A DNA stretch of 63,295 nt, counting the filler, from Neolecta irregularis DAH-3 (taxonomy: Eukaryota), in the NCBI GenBank assembly GCA_001929475.1. It is 10 parts of 10 records of this genome, joined end to end, with 100 filler letters (N's around TTAATTAATTAA, not from the genome) between each part and the next. Parts side by side here need not be neighbours in the genome. Positions count along the whole stretch, not along the records: positions 1 to 13,616 come from LXFE01000601.1; 9 more parts are not named here. The stretch is one strand, 5' to 3'. The notes below the pieces were generated by a model. That model was not told the DNA's origin. It saw only the letters and a list, made by a program, of their open reading frames with translations, and did no database searches. A program made the position numbers and the translations under genes. This document shows, piece by piece, positions 1 through 13,716 of the stretch (its first letter is position 1; every line of letters begins with the position of its first letter).

Positions 1-301
1 TAATCCTGGATTAGTATTTGCAATATCGACGCCAACACCTCCGCAGACAGGGGGTTCACTAACCACCATTCCTTATAGGAATATTATACACACCTCAAGT
101 ATTCCATCTAGATTCCCTTATTATGGTGATTAAAGGGTCGAGGATAAAAGACACGGAGGAATGGTGACAGTGCGAAAACAACGATGATATATAATAGTTC
201 TGACTAAATTTGTACTCTTCATTCTCAACAAGCGCAGAATTCAAGAACCAGATAAAACCAAACAATGACAACAATACATAACAATGATACAAAGATAATG
301 A

Positions 302-2684
302 TCATACCTTAATGTCAAACACTTCGCTTCTCCACTCCTTCCCTTCCTTTGCACGGTCTTCTGCCTCGCGAATAAGACTATAAACGTCACCAGCAGGACC
401 ATGAATCCCAGCAAGTATATCTTCACCGGTTCCAATAACATAGGACTGGCGTTTTGCGGCTTTCCTGCCTTTGCTGAATACAGCTCGAAGCCAAGCTTCT
501 GGGCTTGCCTGACCATTGTTTGCGACAGATGCAACCCTGACACGTTCAAAAAATTCGTAAGCTTTGGTATCAAAACGCTCAAAAGTCTGTCGAAGGTAGT
601 TCTGGAGTGACTGAGCAATTGATCGTTTGATGAAGGGTCGAAGGAAAGGCTCGAGAAATGTCGCAAGGAAACTGTGTGAAGCTCCGCGAATTGCATATTT
701 AAACTTGTGGACTTTCACGGTAACAGAGTGAACATGAAAGTAAGCGCTCTCCCCGCCATCATCGGCATTGTGCTCCAAGATGATTTCGACATCGCATCCT
801 TGGCCATCCATCTAACGTAAACAAAGTTGCCCTACCTGGAAACATACAAAGACATCAGCAAAGCCCTTATCCTCAAAGCGAAGAAGTCCAGTTTTCTTAT
901 TCGCGTAGAAGGAAACGTCCTTAATATATGCGGAAAGACCTTCAACACGAACAGTGGTGATGTTCTTGTATTCACTAGTAAAGCTATAAGCATTTACGAA
1001 GTCTACCGCGTTGTAAGAATCGATATGAATACGATAGGGTAGGAAGCTATCGGATTCGAATACAAGGTTCTCCAGAACAAGATCAATATTGCGATCCTGA
1101 TATTCAATACGAGGAATTGGAATATACTAGGAGTATGAGCTGTGCCCAGAAAATAAGGAGCCACCTTTATCAAAGAAATCATTTTTGGCATAACCACGTC
1201 GAAAAGATCAACCAAGACTTGTCTTTTGATAGCTCCTTTCTCATTGACTATGTCATTGGTGACTTTCCGACTCAAATACTTTGTTCTATTCATAGTCTTA
1301 TCATTGCGGAAGGCATCAACGAGGTCGCTCACTTCATCCATGAGATTTTCCATATCTTTCTTGTATTTTTCATTGTCGAACAGTAAGTCTTGTCCGCGTT
1401 GGTAGAGCTCATGGGCTTGCGCATCTGCTTCATCAGAGGTGACGAAACCGCTTTCTGATGCCATTCTGAGAAAATAGTCATAGATCTTAAAATCAGTCGA
1501 GATAAAAATGAAATGGATACGTCGGAGAAAAATTGCTTCAACTTTCGATCGTTTCGGACATGGGTGATAACTCGATTCAAGACGACCTGGATGCCACCAA
1601 GGTCATTTCCACCAGCAAAGCTCAGTATAAGAGCTTTGGCATTAGCCAAGGCGAGATCAAAATGATCGTTGGTTTCAACTTGCTCGATGCCTTCTTTCGC
1701 CCCTTCGGCGGCAGCTATGGTACGATCAACATATTTTTGGCCGAGTGCAAGAATGAATTCGACGGCATCTGAGAAATCAGCGTTTTGCTGAATATCTGAT
1801 ATCATTTTCTTCATTCGGTTAATGATATTGTCTTGGCGTTGCTTGGGAAATTTGGCTTTCAGATATTCCAATACGTCATTTTTGCTCTAGCAGTTTAGCT
1901 ACCACAGAACCGTCAAGTGCATACTCGTTTGGCTTTGCCTTTTGGCTCTTTGAATAGTCGAGTCTTATCAACGAGATCCTTTCCAGAAGGGACCTCAAAC
2001 TCTTTGGCTTCGTCCCCGGGTTTGGCGGGCTTCTCGATCTTCTCCAATTCCTCATTAGATGCACGGTCACGACCAGCCGCCTCTTCCGCATTCTCTGCAA
2101 CAAATCCAGCAGCATCCGCAAACATATCTCTAATGACTTACGTGAGTTTATTGCTGGTGCACTATACATACGAATGGTAGAATCACTGAGCAACTTTCGG
2201 AACTCCGGATTCGAGCAGAGCAGACCTGACAGATTCTGGAGTTGGTAATAGGCTAGTTTCAATGCTTTGAACAACTCGCTGACATACCTGCGCTGTGCTC
2301 TTTCTGCCCAAATTTGCCCTTGATACTAGACTTCAGATGGACATTTTCAATGTCAAGTTCAGCATTTCTAGCGTGGAAGATCATCTCTTGGAATTTGTCG
2401 TCCCCGTTCTTTTCGGCGAATAAGGCTTGGAGACTTTCCAACCACGCACGGAAATCACGAATAAAAGCTCGACCATCTGAAGAGAGCCGCCTGTTGCGAA
2501 CATCAAGGATACCAGTATGAAAAATATACTCGATATGAGCTATTATCTGGTCTGTGTTGGGCATTAGCCCACATGAAAGAGCCCTAAACTCTTCATATGA
2601 CTTGAGTTTAAGACGAATGGATGCATCTTTAGCATCGCGGTCTGGAGAATGTTTAGAAATAAGTGGTCGAGTATCAGTTGACAT
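302..2684 (-). CDS. Conserved fungal uncharacterised protein (S. pombe C32A11.02c-like, HAM1-like/DUF4449-type), multi-exon
   Basis: Consecutive minus-strand ORFs (2259-2684, 1913-2125, 1329-1871, 1003-1464, 302-811) are separated by short GT-AG introns. Motifs GLMPNTDQI, LSSDGRAFIRDFR, KNGDDKFQE and C-terminal WRSEVFDI recall this family from memory. Confidence 0.7.
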
Positions 2685-3011
2685 TAGGGATAACAGGAAT
2701 CGAAATGTGCGGAAGCAGCAATCTATAGTCTTTTGGTGATGTCATCAGAGGAGCAACATGCGGGAAGGAAGCGCCACCACGTCAGACCAACATCATAGTG
2801 TTGCAGCTAACCTCCAAACCGAGAAATATCGCTAGGCGATGCGTAAATGTGATTTAGTATCTGTACATAACAAGGACAGAAAGATGGACATAGGAGAAGA
2901 GAGGGGAGAGCATAGACATACGCGGCCGCTGCTGCAACTCGCTATTTACCCAAACATTAAGACCATAGAAAATTGAATGTGCGAAAGAGAGGGAGTCTAT
3001 ATAGGAATCGT

Positions 3012-4840
3012 CTAGAACCCACCCATACCGCCTATTGAAGATTAGACAAACTATCTGCGTGGAGAGCAATACCCATTCCTGACATTCCACCCATACTACC
3101 TCCATGCACGGGTTTGTCATCTTCGGCTTCAACAATCATGCATTCGCTCGTAGCCATCAAGCTAGCAACACCGCTTGCGTCTACCAGAGCTGTACGGACC
3201 ACTTTTAGCGGATCAAGAATACCAGCGGCAATCATATCGGTATATTCGCATTTAGCAGAGTCGAAACCTTTGTTGAAGTCATGACCGAATTCATCCATGA
3301 GTTTCCCAACGATAACACTAGCTTCACACCCAGCGTTCTCGATAATCATGCGAGCTGGCTTAGAGATGGCGGACTTGATAATGTTGAGACCAAGTTGCTG
3401 GTCAAAGTTAGCAGTTTTGATGTCTGTAAGAGCATTTTGGGCCTTGAGGAGAGCCGTGCCACCGCCAGGAACGATTCCCTCTTCGACAGCTGCTCTGGTT
3501 GCGTTTAGAGCATCGATGAATCGATCCTTCTTCTCACCGACCTCAACTTCGCTAGAACCTCCGACCTTGACCACGGCAACTCCTCCGGAAAGCTTTGCTA
3601 AACGTTCTTGGAGCTTCTCCTTCTCGTATTCGGAAGTATTTGAATCGTTGATTGCAGCTCGAATCTGCTCGCATCGTTGAGCAATGAAATCTTTTTCCCC
3701 TTCGCCATTCAACAGAATTGTATCTTCTTTTGTGATGGTAATTGATCCAGCAGCTCCAAACTGATCAATGGTGGCCTTTTCCAGCTTGATGTCGAGTTCG
3801 TCGCTAAAGACCTGGCCACCACTAAGAATAGCAAGATCCCCAAGGATATTTTTCCGATTATCACCAAATCCAGGAGCTTTGACAGTACAGACTTGTATTT
3901 GACCACGGAGTTTGTTGAGTATACAGGCAGCAAGAGCTTCGCCGTCAATGTCTTCGGCAATTATCACGAGAGGTCTTCGGGTTTGGGCCGAGATCTCGAG
4001 AGCAGGGAGAATATCTTGCAAAGCAGATATTTTGCGCTCAGAAAGAATAAGAAGGGGTTTTTCGAATTCAACTTTCTGCGTCTTGACATCGGTGATAAAG
4101 TAGGACGAGGAGTAGCCTCGGTCAAACCGCATCCCTTCCGTGATTTCGAGCTCATCTAGCATAGTTTTTCCTTCCTTAATAGTTATGACGCCTTCTTTTC
4201 CAACCTATGATTAGCTTTTACTATGACAGAGAGCCGACCTTCTCCATGGCGTTTGCAATTAGTCTGCCAATGTGAGTATCACCATTCGCAGAGATTGTAG
4301 CAACTTGAGCGATTTCCTCAGATGTGGTGATTTCACGCTTGTGTTTTTGGAGGTATTGAACTACAGCCTCAACAGCCGCCTGGGCCCCACGTCTGAGATC
4401 CATTGGGTTACAGCCGGCAGCAACATGTTTGACACTTTCGGCAAAGATTGCACGGGCGAGAACGGTAGCAGTGGTAGTACCGTCACCAGCAACTTCGTTG
4501 GTCTTATTTGCTACGTCTTGGATGAGTCTTGCATGTTAGAAGGAAGATGAGGCAAAATTTACCTCGCTCCAAGATTTTCAAACTTGTCCTTCAGAACGAT
4601 GCTTTTTGCGACAGTCACACCGTCCTTTGTGATCTTAGGAGATCCAAACGATTGTTCGATTAAGACATTTCGTCCCTTAGGCCCGAGAGTAGCCGAAACT
4701 GCTTTTGCCAGAAGATCGACACCTTTGAGCAAAGAGGCTCTGCCCTCAACCGAGAACTTGAGCTCCTTATGGGAGAGATTGCGAACATGGCGTGCAAGGG
4801 CCGATAGTTGAGCAGGGGGACGAACAAAGAGACGGTTCAT
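3012..4840 (-). CDS. HSP60: Mitochondrial chaperonin Hsp60 (GroEL family), 4 exons
   Basis: [63 protein letters not shown] and a spliced GGM-repeat tail (GGMGGF*). Arg-rich presequence starts at ATG 4840. Confidence 0.98.
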
Positions 4841-5151
4841 AGGAATGGTGAGATGGTTTGAAAGCGGGCGAGACCAATTTTTATGGGCGACGCAGAGAAA
4901 GTCGCAGATTTCTTTGGTGTTCAAACTCCGCATTTTCACGTGATGCGCGATATCCAACCTTCATGTATTAATTCCAGTACAAAATAGTACGCTACAGTAC
5001 AGCACTTGTTTACGGTAACTGTAGCACTACAACAGAGTACCAACACAGTACCACACAGTATTACTATATTACAATACGGCACAGTACCGCTTAGTACCAC
5101 ACAGTATCACCACAACAAAACACCGCTTCACGGCTTAACTGCTTCTCGGAT

Positions 5152-6190
5152 ATGGCAGCGGTCCATTCCGGCCTCGCAAGCATCCACCGGCGCTTTGAAG
5201 CGCAGTATCGCTGCTACAGCGTTGCAATGCTACCTGGAGCAGCGCGAGAGAATGTCGACTATGGCGGTAAAGTTATTCTGCCACCATCTGCCCTGGATCG
5301 GTTGAGTATATGTCTCGTTTTACTGGTTCTAAGCCACCAGCGCGACTCAGCGTGTCCTATCCAATGCTCTTTGAGTTGACAAATGATTTGCACGACCCGC
5401 CACGCGTCTCCCATGCTGGTGTACTTGAGTTCATCGCCGAAGAAGGTCGGGTCTACCTACCTCTCTGGGTATTTGCCTGCCTATTGAATTTTCTTTTTTT
5501 CTGATGACTGCCCAGATGATGAACACCCTTTTGCTCGAACAGGGAGATCTGTTGACTGTGAAGTCCACCGACCTTCCTCGCGCTTCGTATGTCAAAATCC
5601 AGCCCCAGAGTACCGACTTTCTCGAAATCTCCGATCCCAAGGCCGTGCTTGAGTTTGCCCTCAGAAACTTTTCTACCCTTACGACACAAGACATCTTCCA
5701 AATTTACTACAATGAACATCTCTATGAGATCGCGGTTCTTGAGGTAAAGCCGCAAAATGCCGCAAATGCCGTTAGTGTCGTCGAAACTGATGTGTCTGTC
5801 GATTTCGCACCGCCTCTTGGCTACACAGAACCAAAGCCACACACACAAAAAACTGCGGAAACCATTCATGGGCCAGGCGCGATGGCCGCAATAATAAACT
5901 TTCCAGAGCTTGAATCATTATCCTCGAATGACGGCTCGTTTCTCGGACAAGGCCAAAAGCTGAATGGAAAGCCCGCTCTTATCCCTCCCAGTCGAAAACG
6001 GGGAGTCGATAAACCCCCCACACCTCTTAGACTTCCTACCGGCATGTTATTCTTCGGTTTCCAAGTTGTTCCTGTTAAAATCGCAGGGTCTGATCCCGAA
6101 GAAGCAAGTCAGTTTGATGGAAAGGCAAATACCTTGAGAGCAGCAAAGCGAGCTAAAGGGGATGCTACTGATGTCATTGAAATAGATTAA
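5152..6190 (+). CDS. UFD1: Ubiquitin fusion degradation protein Ufd1, multi-exon
   Basis: [75 protein letters not shown]. Confidence 0.96.
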
Positions 6191-7013
6191 CAGTATCAAC
6201 TGGAGAAATGCAGGTTTCTTGCAGAGCCATAATTATAGAAATCAAGGAAATGAATTTTTTCAATATGAAGTTGATTTATCTCCAACTTGCTATTAAGCTT
6301 GTGAAGCGCAGGTTGCAATTTGGGGTAGGATTGTGAAGACTTGGACTTTTCTTCTCTCTTGGAGATTTGATTTATTTGAGGAGGATGCATGGTTTTGGTT
6401 TCCTGGAGGCTGGGATTGGGAGAGAGTTTGTAGAAATTATAGAGGTATTAACGAGGGTATATTGTGACTATCTGAAAAGACTGACTCCAGGCCCATATTT
6501 ATAGCCCCCCTGTTCTCCTATCCAGCAGAGGAGCGGGGAAAGTAGTCAAGGAAAGACAAAGAGAGAAGGAAAATATTAGTGCGGAAAAAGGAGAGAAAGA
6601 AACAGAACTGACCATTTGGTGTTTAGTGCTTATCATACTGCCAAAGAGACATAGGCCGGAGATTAAGTGACTCCGTCCGTTTGCCAGTAGAAAGGAAAGG
6701 GTTTCCAAAGGATGGTTGTTGCAGGGAGGAGAAGGGGTGAGTATTGTAATTAATTGCGAGAAAGGTTCGAGAGCATGGCCTTAGGGAACAAAGGGGGACA
6801 GAGTGTTTATCTTCGAGGTCATGAGGGAGAGGGGAAAAAGGAGGCGAAATGCAAAGGTTTGAATTAGGCGACGGCATGCTGGGATAACTGAGGGTACGGG
6901 CAGGTCACGGAGAATGATGGCAGCGAGTGATTAATGGGGCGAGGTGGAGGAAGGTTTGGTTATGATTATATTGAGCGAAACATGTGTCTTGTACCACAAG
7001 TTGGAGACATGCC

Positions 7014-7908
7014 CTACACTAGCATAACGTTCTTGAACCACAAGCCTGCATCCTGGTCCCAACGAAATCTGACTAGTAGTCAGCTAGCGCATGATGTCGA
7101 ATATACTGTTTGAAATTTGTTAGTTTCAGGGATTGAATTCCATACTCTTTTATCAAAATTCTTTCGTAATTGTAGGGTATCCATGCTTTCACACCTTCAT
7201 GAATAGTCCTCTTAAGAGGAAAACTTGATATCAATGAAACAATCAGCCGGCATACTTACATATCATCGAGAGAATAATGGTGGTTGTTCTTACAGCTGAC
7301 TATGTCTGGCTCAGTTTCTGGATTGATCTCCGCAACCCCAGTAATATCGATATACATCCCAGAGGCTTTATGTATCCATCTAGCATCAATCAAGTTGGCC
7401 CGGTCGTCTTTCCGCACAACATAGTTTGGATTGATATCGATGACGAATTCCACTGGCCCTGACTGGGATGGAGGCAGGTCGTTTGGCCCTTTGTACAAAG
7501 GAAGTGCAGACAAATCGATTGTCACGGTAGTCATGTTGTGTGTTGCCAGTGTGTCTAAAGTGGGTAATGTAACTTGAACATCCGCATCGTTATCCCTATT
7601 AGACAAGGTTATGAACTGAGTTATTTGGGTATCACGAACCAAGGCAAATTCTGACCCGCCCAGTACCATCCTATTAAACTACCATGGGCCAGCCAACTCT
7701 CGATTCCTTCACTTTCTGTCCAGACGAGCCATGCGCGTACAATATCTCTCAAGGTCTCTTGGCGTTCTGAGGGATAAAGGCAGTAATGGAAAAATCGATC
7801 GTCATAATGAATGAGTTCATAAATATTGCCGGCCTCGTAGAAATATTTGGCGCAAGAAACGTATGTTGACCAAAATAGTATAGAGAATATGGTGGAATAG
7901 ATAAACAT
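7014..7908 (-). CDS. LicD-family phosphotransferase (Mnn4/fukutin-like) with signal peptide, multi-exon
   Basis: Hydrophobic N-terminus, then KYFYE, HYDDRFF, WLAHGSLIGWYW, spliced PWDNDADVQV, IDARWIHKASGMYIDITG, CKNNHHY. The 3' exons were reconstructed by hand. Confidence 0.85.
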
Positions 7909-8365
7909 GCCAATGAGAAGAGCCGATCCGTTCCAGTTTTAATCGGGGCTGCCAAGAATGACACACCCAGCCCGCGCATGTTTGCTCTCTGTAAGCATAA
8001 TACATCCGGAGACTAAATTTAAACTGGAATACTGCTTGCTTTAAGAATTTTAAGAGATAGAAACACTTTATTGAGACGAAGCACTAAATAGATTGGGTGC
8101 TATGCTCCACTATCCAGAGTGGACCAGTTACAAAGGAAACAAAGAAAATGGAAATGCAGCCCACATTTGGATAGGAAATGGCACAATAATGTGGGATTGT
8201 AAATATGAAATCGCGTAAGAGTAATGCCAAGTACGTATTATCCCTTCAATAGCCTTGGCGCGTCCATGAATTGAAGGGTCAAACAATAACACTATTGTAA
8301 AGAATGCAAGTTTTGATTAGGTGATTACATGAGTTACGCTCCCACCAGGACTCCAGCAAAAAAAG

Positions 8366-11300
8366 CTATACTGATGGTTTATTTTCTTGATCAAGAAGAA
8401 AATTCGAGGCCTTTGACCAGTTAGAATCACCAACTAACGTCAGTGGCATACCCGTGATAAATCATAGTTGTGCTTTTCTAGGGCGCCTATAGCTGCAACG
8501 CGAGGAAATCCCATTCCCATCAGCTCTTTGACCATTGGATCGTCGTTCATTGATGGTTTCTTTAATTCCGGTGCATCTTTGTCAAGAGAAACATCTGGTG
8601 CTGTCTTGTCAAACCCAGCAAAAATTGCATCAAAATCAGAAGCCTTCGATTCAATTTTAGCCGGGCGTGGTGGAATCTGATCAAAGTTTGGATCAAAGGT
8701 AAACTTATCAGAGTATTCCGACTCTTCAATATCATCTGTATCAACTTGCGTTGCATCTGCAAGATCGGTAAAAGCGTCATCGAAGTCGTCGAATGCCGGC
8801 TTTATGCCTTGAGGATTGCTATCCACTTCGGCTATGTCTTTAACACTGGCTTCTAGTCGACCACCATCCACCTTCTGATTATCCAATGATGCAACTTGGT
8901 GAACATCGGTCCTTGGAGTCTGCACCGGGACTACTCCCGAAATATCAAGACTCCGATCATCTTTGTCTGCAGGTGCGACTTCTCTACCATCCAGAGCAAA
9001 AGTCGCTGCTGGCTGGAAATTGTCCTGAAACCCAATTGCTTCCTCGCTGTCAGAACCACCGGGCTCTTCATACTCAGCAAGAGGAGGGAATTCTGTCGAA
9101 AAGGCGTCAGAGGTAACACCAAGTGTATTGGAATTGGAAGGTCCCAATTCAGGAAATTTCGAAGCTACCATCCCTAGCGAGGCAGAGAACAATGATTGAC
9201 TGTCAAGTGTAAAGGGGTCGCCGCTAGCATTCTACAGGTGTCACCACAAATGAGATTTTTGGGAGGAATAAATACCTTTGTAACTGTGGTATCATGATAA
9301 ATGGTGCTCTCGGAACCAGAAAGCATAGGAGAAAGTCGATTAGAAGATGTTTGTGAATGAGACGAAGCAATTGGCTGAGCACTCTCTACTTGCGAATTTG
9401 ATGAAATTTTCCCGAATTCAGATGCGCATTTCGTGGTTGTATTTTCCGTTCCTGAGCTATTAAAAGATATTCTCAGACAGCCGGGGTAATTTACCTGTGG
9501 CAGATAAGGTGTCTGCAGATGCGTGCTGTTCAGACGAGGCTGAGGGAATGATCGGGGATGGATTAGACCGAGATTCTAGGGTTGGTTCATATGGTTGTTC
9601 CTGGGCAGGCTTCATCACAGAGTCGGCAGAAACTGTCAAATCACTATCTTTCTCTGCACTATTAATCCGACCAACTTCATCTTCTCCCAATGCGTTCTGG
9701 ACCTCTGATAGATCCCGTGTCTCGAAGGGTGAGTGGTGCAAGTCTAAGAAATCTGCAGAAAAACCATCGGAAGAATTTCCGAAAATGTCATCGAAAGTCT
9801 GATTGGGCTGTGCTTCTACCCCTGAAAATATGTTTGGAGATGGAGCGAATGGGAAAGGTGGAGATGGCGATGCTGTTTCGATGCGATGAAAGGGATTGGT
9901 CATGTTAACTATTGGGAGCGAAGGGCTGCTGCTAGCTTTAGATTCCAAGAAAGGGGTTTGCCCAGATAATTCTGCTATTTGACTCTGCAATCTCTTCGTC
10001 TCCGATTCAGCAGCATTAACCTGTCTTTTGTTGATAGCGACCATTCCCTTTTGGAAGCGAGAGTCCTTTTCCAACTTTTGGATCTCAGTTCTAAGCTGTG
10101 TAGATTGGTCCGTAGTTATTTGGATTTGACGCCGCAGTCGAGAATTTTCCTCCTGATCATCGTGCATGGACCTGGACAATTCTTGGTGCTGGGCTTGCAA
10201 GGAATCGTAGGAAGATTCAGCAGTTGCAAATTCCTGTCGTAAATGTTTTATTTCCCCGAGAGCAACAGACAATTGATCTTCGACTTGGCGTACGATTTTC
10301 ACTTCGCCTTCATAAAGAGCCCTAATTTGGGCAAGTCGAACTCCGAAATCATGCTTTTGCAAAGTGATGTTGCTGAGCTCGCGTTCTGCATCGCTACGTC
10401 GACTTCGAAGTTCTGTTGTTGCTGAACTGAGTGAACTGATTTGATTCGAAATGTTTGCAAAGTCAACAGAATCCTGAGGCTTCTTTGCAAGATCTACATA
10501 ATCATCTCCAAGAAGATCGCTATTGAAAGGCCCTGTGCTTTGCGGTACAACCTTTTGTGGAGTTGTTAGAGACTGGCCAAAACTTGATGTCGGCACGAAA
10601 GATTTAAGGAACGGGGATGGCTTTGATGACATGTTTTCATTAGGGGACCCTCCAGACATATCTTGGGTAGGAGTCATAAACGGACCCTGTCCAGTGCTCT
10701 GAGGAGCTACTGCTTCTTGAGAAGTGCCAAAAGGTGAATCAAGTCCGAATAAATCAGAAGCCAGAGAGCTAATACCGACAACTTGTTCGAGGGAAGGCTC
10801 CCCAAATTTTGTCTGTGGTCCCCCTTTCTATTAGTGAAGGTCTCGAATTGGATTTTCTACCTTGTGACATCACCTGTCGTCGTTGTAGAGGGGGTATTAG
10901 ACTATAAGGCAGTGTATCAGGCAATTCTTTTCCACTAATCTTAGTTTTGATAAGATGCATTGCGACAGCAAATTCATCTCGATTTAATTGACCTTCCTTA
11001 CTGAGATCTGCTAGGTCCCATATATGGGCCAGAATATCATCGGGGAGTTTTGAAGACATGAAAAATGACACTGCTTCACCCCCTTGATATAAGCGAGGTT
11101 CCTTGTTCAAAGATTCAGATACCTGTAATATAGCCCTTCCCAGCCTGATCGACAGTGGAAAATAAACTATCGTAATGTTTCTTGTCTGCTGGTATCACAT
11201 CCCAGTCTAAATTTTCCCCTGTTTGATGCTGGCTTAATTGTGCTGTCACTTGTCGTGACATGGGAGACTGCCTTCCAGTAAATTGCCCAGTAAGCTGTTT

Positions 11301-12187
11301 GGGAATGGAAGGCATTGTTGGACCACCAGACTGCCTGCGCGAGCCCATTGAACCTTTTCTCTCGGAGGATTTTCCGGCAGCTGCATCGTAGATTCCGGGT
11401 GGCAGAATTGTCGGAGGAGTTTTCAAAGATCCATTCATTAAACATTGAATAAGGTGCATGGCAATAACAAATTCTGTGGAATCCAGATATCCGCACTTTT
11501 TAGCATCGACAAGCGACCTGCAGGGATCAGCAAGATCCGTGGGCGGGGGCTACCAAATCTGGGCCAAGACATCATTGGGCAAGCGAGTGCGCAGAAAAAA
11601 GGTTCTGGCTTTGTCACCATCCAAGTGTCCATTTGTAGGATCACTATTAGCAAACATGTTGAGATAACGAGTCCGTTCTGCAATTCCGAGGACCGGTATA
11701 CGGTTTGGCGGTGGAGGTTGGGGACTCTTTGATGTTTGAGTAGTGGAAGCAGGAGTGGATATGCCCAGATCGATCCCGTCAAAGCGCGGAATGGCCCCGG
11801 CTGTGGCGAGTCAAGAATTTGGCAAGCAACAGGGCAAATACGGAGTTTTGCGAGGTCGATTGAAGGTCTGCGGCCGGCCTGGCAATGGCCAATTAAACGC
11901 ATAGAAACACTGAACTGGTGTGGTGCAAGAAAACCCTGATTCGACGCATCTGCAATGCTCCAGATTTCTCCGAGAATAGCAGGAGGCAGCCCAGAACGCT
12001 CAAAAAACCGAACGGCCACGTCGCCAGTCACCACACCCAGATTATCCACATCTGCGGCCCGGAACAAGGTGCCAAAGGCGCGCCGTTCTTCGGCAGAAAG
12101 AGACGGCGGTGCTGCAAATTAGCCTGGGCTTGAAGGTCACATACGCGCACTGCTGTCGGAATGGGAGCTTAATGCTCGAATGCTCAT
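8366..12187 (-). CDS. EDE1: EH-domain endocytic scaffold Ede1/Eps15 (3 EH domains, coiled coil, C-terminal UBA), multi-exon
   Basis: EH repeats (SGLPPAILGEIWSIAD; SKLPDDILAHIWDLADLSKEGQLNRDEFAVAMHLI), long coiled coil, NPF motif, UBA domain (MVKELMGMGFPRVAAIGALEKHNYDL). Confidence 0.92.
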
Positions 12188-12619
12188 CTCAGAAAAAGAT
12201 GACAGCAAGAGACAGCTGGACTTTTGATGCAGCACTGCGTAATTTGGTATTCATCCAGGCCCCGCAATGAGAGGAGGCGGGATGGAAGGTTATTAAGAAT
12301 CACTACAAGTAGAGGTGAGGTGAATTGGTAGCAGAGACGCCAGCTACTACAAAACTGCTTTTCACATTATCTCCCTAATGCGAAATAGCCTGCATTGAAT
12401 CGTTGATGCACACAGTTCTTTTATGTTTATCGCGAAACTGTCACTTCTTTCATAGATATCTGTTCGTGGATGCTCTGCATGTAGTCAGTGGATATCGAGG
12501 TCCATGTCGCCGCATCATCAATACTCCTTACACACTTTGTACTCGCTATCCGATACCAGAGCGAAGGTCTCTTTCCGCACAGACAGTTGGCAGGCACAGT
12601 TCATCAATGCTGTCATATA

Positions 12620-13177
12620 ATGAGGATAGCAATCCACCGCCTGATCCACAAAATGTCAATATGGGAAAATGTTTGTAATAGCTCAAATCAAGCAAGGCTA
12701 AACGCGATAGCAATTGAAACCATCAGAGAACATCTTTGCAACCTGTTCTACAATCCCCTTCCTTCGGATATCCTTGCACCTACGGTCACCCTCGAATTTC
12801 TCCCAGGACAGTTCCCTGAACTTCCAAAAGTCAATGGCAGACTTGCTTATGCTGTAGCCATGAGGCTTTTGCAGATATCCGGAGCTCCCAGGCAGCTGTG
12901 CATACTGAGCGAAAGAATTGTAGACCGGAAGATGACTGTGAAATGGGAAGCCGAAACTACAGGCTCTGAGAGTTCACATTGGACTGGATGGTTTTATTTC
13001 AGTTTCGACGAGTCTGGCTTGGTGTCAAAACAAGTGATTGAAAACGTTGAACGGCCGTTTAGTAATATCAATCAGCCCAGTGGAAGTAATATTCTTGGAT
13101 GGACAAAGTGGTTACTGAGAAGTTGGGGCGCTCGCAAGCTCAAGCCTGCTTTGATAAGGGAAATGGAAAGACGATAA
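12620..13177 (+). CDS. Uncharacterised fungal protein, mug163/MMU163-like
   Basis: PLPSDILAPTVTLEFLPGQFPELPKVNGRLAY and FYFSFDESGLVSKQVIENVE resemble the MMU163 family from memory. ATG 12620 is the first in-frame ATG; true start uncertain. Confidence 0.55.
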   Translation: MRIAIHRLIHKMSIWENVCNSSNQARLNAIAIETIREHLCNLFYNPLPSDILAPTVTLEFLPGQFPELPKVNGRLAYAVAMRLLQISGAPRQLCILSERIVDRKMTVKWEAETTGSESSHWTGWFYFSFDESGLVSKQVIENVERPFSNINQPSGSNILGWTKWLLRSWGARKLKPALIREMERR

Positions 13178-13482
13178 GGAATGGACTATACAGGAAGTAA
13201 ATGGAGTGTAAGCATTTGTTTATAGAGTGTATGCGTATTATTAGTCATTGTAGTTTGTGGGGTTACCGAGGCGAAGTGAACTTTTTCACGCACCCATTAT
13301 CTTTATGAGATAAACAACACTTTCTCCCATGGATATCTAACAGAAAAGGATTCTTGGATACCTTTCTCTACACTCTAGACTATGGCCAAACATCGTCGTG
13401 GAAAGAATAAATCTGGAACATTGCTACTGCCTTAGCCCTACGTCCAATTAATCAAGATAAAGATTACGTAGATTATCTCAAG

Positions 13483-13616
13483 TTGCACGGGTTGCACAGA
13501 CAAATTATTTCTACTCTAGCACGCTCATTTTGTTACAATGAGCTCAAAGACCATACTCTCGGCGAGTTTCTCGGATCAGGATCAACTGGCTTTGTCATCG
13601 CGGCGAAATTGCCTGC
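13483..13616 (+). CDS. Possible protein-kinase-like gene fragment truncated by an assembly gap
   Basis: LGEFLGSGSTGFVIAAK fits a GxGxxG kinase P-loop and runs into the N spacer. No other kinase motifs are visible. Confidence 0.35.
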
Positions 13617-13716
13617 NNNNNNNNNNNNNNNNNNNNNNNNNNNNNNNNNNNNNNNNNNNNTTAATTAATTAANNNNNNNNNNNNNNNNNNNNNNNNNNNN
13701 NNNNNNNNNNNNNNNN
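13617..13716. other. Assembly gap spacer N44-TTAATTAATTAA-N44 (same spacer at 18392-18491, 25274-25373, 28779-28878, 42724-42823, 45675-45774, 52387-52486, 56362-56461, 59452-59551)
   Basis: Identical 100-nt layout nine times. The 12-mer places stop codons in all six frames, as in artificial contig linkers. Confidence 0.99.

Noticed and set aside
6196..6877. Short minus-strand ORFs between UFD1 and the LicD gene
   Set aside because: I could not assemble them into a convincing spliced gene or recognise a motif.
13661..13672. TTAATTAATTAA palindrome repeated nine times
   Set aside because: Always centred in a 100-nt N block. It is an artificial contig linker, not a biological repeat.
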